From a virus (Duplodnaviria; Caudoviricetes): 64,000 nucleotides of DNA. The first letter of the stretch is position 1. Each line of letters begins with the position of its first letter. The position numbers and the translations under genes are program-made. Shown here piece after piece: positions 1-12,000 of this stretch. The stretch lies in the IMG/VR virus record IMGVR_UViG_3300020432_000004; one strand, written 5' to 3'. The notes below the pieces were generated by a model that made no database searches, was not told where the DNA came from, and saw only the letters and a program-made list of their open reading frames with translations.

Positions 1-3000
1 GCAGAAGTTATTGGATTTGACTTTGCAGGTAATACAATATATCTTGGTAAAATTGGTAGATCACTAAGAGGTGGTGCTGATTATCATCAGTTTAACTTCT
101 CTAACGCTGCTCAATTAGATACTGCACAGAAGAAATTTGGAGATTCATCATTACTACTTGATGCTGCAACAAATGACTATATTCAAATTCCTGCATCATC
201 TGAATTTACTCGTGGTACAGGTGATTATACTATTGAGTTCCAAGTTCGTTTAGATGCAACATCATTAGTAGATACTAAAACTCTACTTGATATGAGAACA
301 AGTGCTACTGAAGTTGCACTTAGAATTTACTTACAGGCAGCACAAGTTAGAGTTAATGTTAATGGATCAGATATAGCAACATCTGGTGGAAATGCTTTAA
401 ACAATGATGTTTGGTATCATCTTGTAATTCAGAGAACTGGAACTTCTCTTAAGATCTACTCTAATGGAGTTGAGATAGGAACTGGAACTGATAGTAGTAA
501 CTATACACTAGACAGACCTATAAGAATTGGATCTGATTTGTCTGGTCTTAACAGTATGACTGGTCATATTGACGAGTTTAGATATTCTGTTGTTTCACGT
601 TATGCTACAGCACCATTCAATGCTCCTAGTGGAATATTCCAAGGTGATGCTGATACAAAGGTACTATGTCACTTTGATGGTGCTGATGGTCAAACTTCTA
701 CTGAAGATTGGTCTGGTGGTGAATCATTTACTAAGACTGAATACATTAATAATGATGCTATCTTAAAGACACATCAAGCATCTAACGCTGCACCTGCAGG
801 ATTTACTACTAAGAGTCACAGATATCTTAACGCTGCAGATTTAATGTTAATGAACAAGGAATACCTTGCTCAAGAAACAGTTTATATTATGAAAGAAGTA
901 TTCCCTGCTCATAGCGTTAAGGGAAGCGAAGTTGACTGTGAAGATGATGTAAGAGATGTTATTGATTCTCTTGTAGATGACTTACGTAATGGTAGTAACC
1001 ATCATATGTGGAAAGCATCTTCATACTATGTCAATAGAGAAGTAAATCCAATTCAAATTGTAAACGTAGAAGATGATGTCTCTATGACAGTCTTTGTTTA
1101 TAAGATTTTAGATAAACTTGCTAAGTATATTGTTAATAATGTTCCTTGGAGTACTCAAGGTGATCATGGTTTAATTCAGAAATATGATACTTCTATTACA
1201 TTTGATGGTTATACATCTCAGACATTAACTAAGTTTACTCCAACTGCAATCGACTATCATCCATCAATGGGTGACATGGAGATAACAGCTGCAAGTCATG
1301 GACTCGCGGCCCCTAGAACTATTACAGCAACAGACTCAGGATACACTGCTACCACTGGTGTTTTGACGATTCAATCTGTTGGGCACAACTTAGAAACTGG
1401 AGACAGAATTAAGTTTGAACCTAATTCTATTACCATGACTTGTACTTGTGATGGTAATGTAGTATCACAGAGTTATCCTCGAACAGACGATCCAGCAAAC
1501 CAAGGTTGGTTAGAAGTAGCGAAGATTGATAATGATAACTTTAGTGTAAATGTTGGAACATCTCCTACAGTAAATTATACTGCAACATCTGCAGATTATG
1601 ATTCTAATACTGGTTTCTTAACTATGGACATTGGTGACAATGATCTAAGACCAGGTAGTAAGTATACTGTTTCTAACGCTGCATATAATCCTACTACTGG
1701 TGTAATGACAGTCAGTGTTGGTAATGATCAATATGATGTTCATGATGCTGATTATAGTCCTACAAGTGGTGATTTAGAAATCTATACTGGAACACATAAC
1801 TTAAAGACTGGACAAAGAGTTAAGATTGCTAATGATGGTATTACATTTAGATGTTCTCAAGATGACTATGCAACAGATCATGCATATCCAAGAGCAACCG
1901 ATCCTGCACGTGATACAGCATTAGAAGTTACTCATGTAACTGATACATCATTTACTGTAAACGTTGGTAAGTCTCCTATCGTTACTTACGATGTTTCTAA
2001 TGCAACATTCAATCCCAACAATGGTGATATGGAGTTGACTATTGGAAGTCATACTTTGGCACAAGGTACTTCTATTAGAATAGCAACTCAAAGTATTGGA
2101 TTTACATGCACATATGGTGCAGGTGTTCATTACTATCCAAGACCTCTAATTGATGAGCATGTTCCTAGCGATGCAGCATATAATCCAACAACAGGTGTAG
2201 TAACATTTACTGTTGCTCAAGGACATGGAATGAAGAATGGTGATAAGGTTAAGATCCCTGATTATGCACTTTCATTTACATGTGATAAAGATAATAATGT
2301 AACTACTCACAGATATCCTAGACCTTATGATCCTGTTAGTGATAGATGGATTGAAATAAGTAATGTTCAAACAACATCATTTGATGTTCAAGTATTAGAT
2401 ACTGCTCCATCTACAAATACATCTACTCATACTTTTGTAAGTTTTGCAGGTGTAATTCAACAGAAACGTGATAAGTCATTTGAACAGTCTATTGAAATAA
2501 CTGGAACAACTCCAACAACTATTACTATTAATGTTGGTATTTCAAGTAATACAACAACTCATACATATTCAACTTCTAAAGCAGGTGCTGTAATTACTGG
2601 TGGTAATTATAAGCATAAGTTCAGATCTGCACTTGACAATGCTATTACAGTTGAGCATGGATTATATGTTGGTGATAGAGTCATGTTTGATAGAGACTCA
2701 CTAACATTTACATGTCTCGAAGATAGTAATGCTACTGAGCACACATATCCAAGAATTACAGATCCTTACTATAATAAGTGGTTACCTATTTCTAATGTAA
2801 CTCATACATCATTTGATGTTCAAGTACTAAGTTCTACACCTTCTACTAACCAAACTGCTCATACATTTGTTCGTTCTAAAGTTAATGGTTTAACAAGATC
2901 TGGTGAGACACTAAAACTTGCTAAAGATGCATTATCATTTACATGCTCACAAGATAATGATGCTACTGTTCATTCTTATCCTAGAGTTGATGATAGTGTT

Positions 3001-6000
3001 TATAATACTGCTATTCCAATTTGGAGTAATGGTAGCACTAGAATGACTGCTCAAAGTGCAACTTATAACACTGCAGAAGGATTATTAATTATTACTATAT
3101 TAAATCATGGTTTAACAGTTGGAACTGAACTAAGATTAGAGAATAACTCATTAGTCTTTACATGTTCTAAAGATGGTAATAAGACTGAGCATTCTTATCC
3201 TAGACCTAAAGATCCATTTGCTGCTAGATGGTTAAGAATTAAGGCAGTTACAGATCATACATTTACATTATTTGTTGGTGCTGCGAGTCCTACAGGTCAA
3301 TATGCTCATACATTTGTACGAGCTATTAAGGATGGTATTGTAAAACGTGATAACACTGTTACCATAAACGTTGGTGCAACTCCAACTAAGGCGTATACTC
3401 CATCAGCTGCAACTTATAATGCTGGTACTGGTGCTTTAGAATTAAATGTTGGAAATCATAGTTATCCTGCTCCAACACAACATACACCAACAGATGTAGC
3501 ATATAATCCTGTTAGTGGTGTAATGACTTTGACTATTGCAGGTCATAACTTCTCTAATGGTGAGAAAATTAAGATTGATGATAATGGTATTACATTAAGT
3601 TGTCCTTATGGTGGTGCGACTGGATCTGCTGCACAGAAAACTTATCCACGTCCAACTGATCCAGTTAGCAACAAATGGATTCCAATATTCAACGTAACTA
3701 CAGATACTTTTGATGTTCAAGTATTAGATAAGGTTCCATCAACTAACGTTGATACACATACCTTTGTAAGTGCAGTTAATAACTGTGTTAAGAAAGCAAA
3801 TTACACTGTTAAACTTGCTCCTGATTCATTAGTAATGACTTGTGATATGGATAGTAATGCTACTAAGCATCTATATCCTAGATCTAATGTTGCTCAACAT
3901 ACTGCAAGCACAGGAACTACTTACAATCCAGTATCAGGTGTACTTAAAGTTTCTATTCCAACTGAATCATTTACTGCAAGTGCTGCAAACTATAATGTAA
4001 CAACAGGTGATTGTGTATTAACAATATCTCAGAATGCAGGATCTTATAATGTTACTGGTGCAACTTATGCACCTACAACTGGTGTTCTAGTTCTTACAAT
4101 CGGAACTCATAGTTTAACAACTAGCGATAGAATTAAGATTACTCCAGAATCACTTAAGTTTACTTGTGATTACAACAACGATAATAATGAAACAATTCAT
4201 CCTTATCCTAGAGCATCAGGTGCTTATAATTCAACAAATTCAAAAGCAGACTATGCATATGATACATGGTTAGATATTACTGCTGTAAGTCCTAACACTA
4301 TCACTGTTAATGTTAACGGTGGACAGGGTGCTATTACTGATATTAGTAACCATACATTTGTTGGTGCACTTGATGGTGCAGTTCAAGTTGGTCACGGTAT
4401 CGTACCTGGCAACAAAGTTAAACTTGCTCCTAACTCACTAACATTTACTTGCACATTAGATGGTAATACTGCACAAAAATCTTATCCTAGATCAACAGGT
4501 GCTAATACAACAAGTGGTGCTGACTATGCTTATGATAAGTGGCTCAGAGTTATGGCAGTTGGTGAAAATACAATTACTATTAACTTGAATGGTGGTCAAG
4601 GTGCTATCTCAGATACATCAGCACATACATTCGTTTCTGCAACTACAGATGGTATTACTCTTGGACATGGTATGGTTGCAGGTACACCAATCAAGATTAA
4701 AGATAATTCAATTAAGTTTAGATGTGGATTTGATAATTATGAAACTCTACATCCATATCCAAGACCTAGTGATCCTGCAAGTGATAAGTGGTTGTTTATC
4801 AGTAATGTAGATGATAGTAGTTTTGAGGTTAACGTTCTACAAGGAACAACTCCTACAAATACTACAACTCATACCTATGCAGGTTCTGATGATTTAGGTA
4901 TCATTCAAGGAGATCCACTTGTTGCCCAAGCAATTCCTATTGATTCAGTTACAAGTAATACTATTACTATCAATGCTTTAGATGGATATACACCTTCATT
5001 TACACCAAATCATACATTAGACAGTATATCTACAAATCAATTTACACCAACTAATGCTGTATACAACGGTGAAACTGGTGTAATGACAATTACAGTAGCA
5101 ACTACTCTATTCCAACCATCAATGATTGCTTATAATGCAATTACTGGTGAAATGCAAATGACTATAGGTTCTCATAGTCTATCAATAGGACAAGAGATAT
5201 TAATTGCACCTAATTCACTAACATTTACTTGTGATTATAATGGAGATGGAAACACTACAAACAAAACTTATCCTAGAGCATCAGGTGCTGCAACTCCTAG
5301 CGGTGCTGACTTTGCATACAACAATCATTTACAAATTACCGATACAACAGCAACTTCGATCACTGTTAACGTAAATGGTGGTGGAGGATCAATTACTGAT
5401 ACAACAAGTCATCAGTTTGTTTCTGCTACAGCAGGTGCAATCAGTGTAGGTCATGGTATACAAAATGGTGAAAAAATTAAGATTGCTGATGGTGGAATAA
5501 CATTCACTTGCACTCATGATAGCAATGCTACAAATCATCCTTATCCTCGTGCAACTGACCCTGCTAGTGGTAGATGGTTAGACGTTATGAACGTCACCAA
5601 TACAACATTCGATGTTCAAGTACTTGACGAAATTCCTTCAACAAATACTACAGCACATACATTTGTTTCTGCTACAACTAATGCTATTACAAGAGCAATA
5701 GTTTCAACTGGTGGTAATTACAAACATAAGTTTGTATCTGGTCTTACAAATGGTGTTAGAACAGGTGGAGATTACACTCATACATTTGTTTCTGCAACTA
5801 CAAACGGTATTCATGTTGCAGGTGACTGTGTATACATTGATGATAACTCACTAAGATTTACTTGTTCTCAAGATAATCATCTAACACAACATGATTATCC
5901 AAGATCAACTGATCCTGCAAGTCATCAGGTGATGGAAGTTAAGACTGTAGATAATGATAGATTTGTTATTAACGTTGGTAAGTCACCACAAGACAAACGT

Positions 6001-9000
6001 TATGATCACTTATTTGTTAGTGGAGATGCTAATTCTATTACTAAGTCTAAGTATTTCGTTACAAATTGTTCTGATGTTTATACAACTACAAACAACTTAA
6101 TTTCTATACTAACAGATACAATAGAACAGGCTGCTTTAGCATCTCCTGTAGATCATCTTGCAACTGTTACTGATCTAAATCCAGTACAAGAATTTATTGG
6201 TGGTAGAGTTCATTCATATCTTGAAGTTCCATTTAAGATCACTTATGAAGATGATGCTAGTGAATTAATATACACAGATAGAATTGATGTATTCAGTCGT
6301 TACAGATTCCGTGATGCTGCTGAATTAATTCGTCAGAATCGTGGTGCTATTGTAGATAAAGCATCATTTGATATGTTGCAGCGTTATCCAGATCTTAATC
6401 AGGATATGCCTAGAAACCAGAATGGTGCATCCACAGATGGAACTGAACGTTGTAAGACTGACTTAGGATTAGTTGTTGATGGTCTTGCTAATGATGTAGA
6501 AAATGGTGGTAATAAAAACGTTGTTACTGCTGCAGGATTCTATATCGGTGCTAATAATGAAATACAACATATTAGATTACAATTACCACAATCTATCTAC
6601 GTTCACGAACGTTTAATATACTACTTAAAGCAAGCAATAGATGGAACTCTAACAACTGATAATACAGAAAATCTCATTGTTGGAGACTGGGGTATTACAA
6701 ATAATGACTATACAACATCGTACGATGTATATGATGCTGCATATACTCCTTCAACTGGTGATCTAACATTAACTCTTGCTTCAAATACTGGATCTTATAG
6801 TGTTAGTGGTGCTGTTTATAATCCAACATCAGGTGATTTAACACTTACAATCGGAACTCATACATTAACAACTACTGATAAAGTTGGAATTGCTGAGGAG
6901 TCATTAGTCTTTACTTGTGATTACAATGGAAATGGTAATCAAACTCAAAAGAGATATCCTAGATCATTTGGTGCTAACACTACAAATGGTGCTGACTATG
7001 CATATAATCAGTTCCTTGATATCACAGCAGTAAATCAATCTGGTGGAACAATCACTGTTAACGTCAATGGTGGTCAAGGTGCAATTACAGATACAACAAC
7101 TCATAACTTTGTTGTTACTCCATCTGCCACAAATGCAGTTACTGTTGGTCATGGATTTGGTGTAGGTGATAGTTTACAGATCAATAACGAAGCATTAACA
7201 TTTACATGTTCAATGGATGGAAATGTTTCTAATAAAACATATCCTCGTGCAACTGATCCTGCATATGGTAAGGCACTTACAATTAATTCTAGAACTGCAA
7301 CAACTGTAACTGTAAATGTAGGACCTAGTCCGTTAGTTAGGTACACACCAACAATGGCAACATACACTGCCTCAACTGGTGTAATGGTTCTTACTATTGG
7401 TAACCATAACTTACAAGTTGGTCAACCAATTAAGATTAGTGGAGGTGCATTGAAGTTTACATGCTCAATGGATCAAAATGAATCTATTAAATCATATCCA
7501 AGAACTACAGATCCATTCTACGACAAACCTATTGATATTACTGCAACTACAGCAGATACTATTCAGATAAACGTTGGTCAAAGTCCTATTGTAATGCACA
7601 ATGTTTCTAATGCTACTTACGATCCTAATACAGGTGTAATGGTATTAACAATCGGTATAAACCACGGATTAACTGCTAATACTAGCATTAAACTTGCTAC
7701 TGAATCATTAGTCTTTACTTGCACATTAGATGGTAATACAGTTGAGAAATCTTATCCTCGTGCTACAACTGCTAACACAGGAACAGGTGCTGACTATGCA
7801 TATGATACTGCAATCAATATTGATTCTGTAGATCAAAATGCAGGAACAATTACTATCAATGTAAATGGTGGACAAGGTGCTATTTCTGATACATCAGCAC
7901 ATACATTTGTTTCTGCTAATTCTGGTGCTGTAAGATCTGGTGGAGATTATGTTCATACATTCCATTCAGCAGATACTGAATCTGTAATAGCAGGTGGAGA
8001 TTATACTCATGTATGGGCAGGTGGTACTGCTACAGATGCAGTCTTTACTGTTGGTGATTGTGCAGATGTTAAGACTAACATTGAATCATTAATAGAAACT
8101 GTTAATGATATTATTGCACCTACTGGAAAGGATTATGATGTTGCAGGTAATAGACTTTACTTTAACAGAGAACTTATTGCAGAAGATGTAACATCTAATA
8201 TGTTAACTGGATTTACATATCAAGCAGGTCCTACAACATACTTTGCATTCCAATTCGGAGGATCTAATTTAGAAGCAACCGAGTTCCAAGCTGATGTAGA
8301 GTTCCTTGTTAAGTCATTAATATCCGATTTACAGACTGGTGGTAATAGTAGTTCTATCAGAGCACTTGAAGAAACATATCTCAACGCAGATGGAACACTT
8401 CATAGAATTGAAGATATGGTTATGGCAACTGTCTATGGTATGGAAGTACTTAAGGAAGTTGGTCGTGAAGTAATTAGAAATAATGTATATAACTCATTTG
8501 AGAGTCAACCATTTGGTGCATATTCAACACCATCAGGTAAAGCTGCTTATAGAGATGGTGAAGAAACAGTTGATATTGATCAGGTTGTTGGAGACTGGAA
8601 TAATCTTCTTGATCATGTGATTGAGTTCTTCTCACCTGGCAAGAAGATTGCTAGAAGTGGTATGAAGCAAATTCTTTATAATGCAAACTACTATAAGAAT
8701 GAATTAAACAATCTTGTTAATACTCAGTTTGGAACTGGATCATGGGTATACAATGATTTTGTTGATCAGTTACTTGGAAATATGATCCAAGACTCTATTA
8801 CAACTGACGTAGATCATGTTATAGATGCTTACAGACTTACTGTTGACAATGTGAGTGGTGAGTTTAAGGTTGATGAGGTTGTTACAGCATCAGGTGGTGG
8901 ATATGCTAAGATTCTTGAATGGGATAGTAAAGATAGACATCTTTATATTGGATCATTCTTAGAAGGTACAATCTCTGGTGGTGAAACAATTACAGGTCAA

Positions 9001-12000
9001 ACAGCAGGTGCAGCAACCATTATTACTGGTGGTGTTAGCAAGAAATTTGATTGGTATACACATCCTGCAAACGTTGAGATTCTTAGAAATGCAAGGTTAA
9101 TTAGTTCTAGTGTTCAAGATCAATTAATAGGTCAAAACGTTGGATATAATTTCCCAGAAGATTTGACTGGAGGCGGTAATGTTCTTACTAATGTAACAAT
9201 ATCAACAGACGTAACTGCTGCTCCTGATAATGCAGTTACTGCTGATAAGATTGTAGCAACATCAACTGTAGGTACTCATATATTACATAACAATTACAGT
9301 TTGAATGCGTTTGAAACATTTGACTCTGGTAACGTCACCTTTGATACTAGTGGAGAAACATTTGATACTGGACAAGTAGGTACAGCAGAAAGTCAGCAGT
9401 TTACATACTCCATATTCTTGAAGCAAGGTGAATATACTAAGGCACGTTTCCAAGTATCTCTAGATGAAGATACTCCTCAGAGACAGCAAGCATTCTATGA
9501 TATTGATTTAACAAATGGAACTACAGGTAGTATATTCCAACCTCAAGGTGGTTTACAGATAGATGCATCTGGTGTTATACCTTATGGTGGAGGATGGTAT
9601 AGAGCATTTATTACAGTTACATGTTCATTCGGTTTCCAACAACTCCGTCAAATGGTTCAAATTAAAAATGCTACTGGTCAAACTAGTTTTGGTGGTAATG
9701 GAACTGATGGTTTATTTGCATGGGGACAGAAATTAACTAAGGGATTAATTGATCCTTATGCTGCTACATCTGGTGAAGTATTCTATGCTGATACAGAATA
9801 CAACATTAAGACATATACTATCAATAAATTAGAAGGATGGATATATGATGCATTGAAGGATCAGTTAATTAATCCTTCTCCTGAGTCAGGATTCGTACCT
9901 TACTTTAGTGATGCTGATGCAGCAAATTATCATCCAGATTCAGTTCATAGATTAGTAAGATATAGTTTAGATATTATCCGTAATCAATTATTGAATAGCA
10001 CTTACTACACTGATATTATTGTTCAAAATGGTATAGTAAGTCCAACTAAAGATTATGGAACATTTGATATTCCTGTTGGATTAGCAGGTGGTCTAAACAA
10101 TGCTGATTACTTATATGGTCTAGCATCTGGTTCATACGCTGAACTAGAGAAAGTAACCATGAATGAAGGTGAAGTTGTTCAGATTTATCAGAGATTCCGT
10201 ATTGATGGTAATATTGTTGATGGTCCTTTCTTCATGAATGAAGTAGTTGAGAAACAAGGTGATAACACAGTTACTGGTGTTGTATATGGATTCTTTGAAG
10301 ATGATAACTTTAAGTATCTTGATGTTGCTGTAACTGGTGGAACATTCTCAGTATTAGATTATGTTGTTGGTGCAACTAACACAACAACTGCTCAGATCAA
10401 TGCTATTGAAGATAGAATACAGATTACTGATCTTCTAGGAGAATTTACAGATAATATTCCATTCAAAGGATATGACACAGGTGAAACTGCAATCCCAACT
10501 GGATTCTTAAAAGCACAAGCTGCTGTTACAGATAATAGTGGTGGTAAATTAACTGTTGACACTGAAACACTCATAGGTACATTTGAAACCACTGCTACAA
10601 TATTCCCAGAACAATCTAAATTATTCCTTGATGTTGCCAGATATGATGGATTAGATACCTTAATAGGTTACAGAATATCATCTGCAGGACATACAAGAAT
10701 TGGTATTTCAATTCAAAATAACAAGAACGTATTTACAGTTGGTAATAGACTTAATAAGATTACTAATGGTGTTATTGATCCTAATAACTATGGTATTATT
10801 ACAGAACTTGATCTTGACAATAACATCATATACTACATTCTTGCAGCAGGTAATATTACTAATGGTGATCAAGTTGGTGACTTTGGACCTGCACCAGATC
10901 CACTCAATCCATTAGGACACGCAGTAATTAACACTAAGTTAGATGTTGCAGGTGCTGCTACTGCATTGATTCAAGATATTAAAGAGGTTGGTGTTAATAA
11001 GAGATTCTATCTAACAGATGTTCGTGGAACATTTAGTGGTAGAGATGGAATCTTCAGTAAAGATGGTTACAAGGCAGCGATCATAACTAAGACTGATCTT
11101 AAGGGACGTGTAGAACGTGCATTTAGAGGATTTGATGGAGTTCAAACTAACTTTAAGTTAACTATTGAGAATGGAACTAAGTACTTCCCTGATCCTGCAG
11201 GACATATGTTGATCTTTATCAATGGTGTTCTACAACCACCAGGTTCAGCAAATGCTTATACAGCATTCTCAGATAACATCCAGTTTACTGAAGCACCTGA
11301 TCTTGGAGCATCATTTACAGGATTCTATGTTGGTAAACTAAGACAGTTAGATGATATATCATTTGAGTTTGATTCATTACGTCAGTCATTCAACTTGAAA
11401 CGTGACGATGTGTTCTACTCATTGACACTGACTGATGGTGTTCAATCTTCTACAATCTTACCAGAAAATAATATCATTGTTTCACTCAATGGTGTTATAC
11501 AGGAACCAGGCGTTGGTTTTGAATTGGTTGGTTCTAGAATTATATTCTCTGAAATTCCTCGTGTTGGATCAACCTTCGTTGCCTTCTCCTACGTTGGTTC
11601 TGAAGCGGACGTAGACGCTGCTGAGGTTGTACCTCCAATCGAAGTTGGTGACTTTATTGATATACAAGGTGAGACTGAAGATAGACAGGTTGCTGTTATC
11701 GAATCTTCTAACTCCTTGATTACATTCGACTATCTTGGATCTGTATTTGGACAGAATGCAAAAGCATCTGCCACACTAACATCTGGAACTATTGATAGAG
11801 TTCAAGTTACAGCAGGTGGATCTGGTTACACAACTAGACCAAATGTAAGGGTTGACTCTATATCTGGATTTGATGGAAACATTCGTGCACTCGTCGGGGT
11901 TGCAGGTGTTGAAGTCAGTAACGTTGGTTCTGGATATCAAAACCCTGTAGTTTCTGTTGAAACTGTAGTCCCCGATGACTGGACTCCTCCTGACTTAAGT

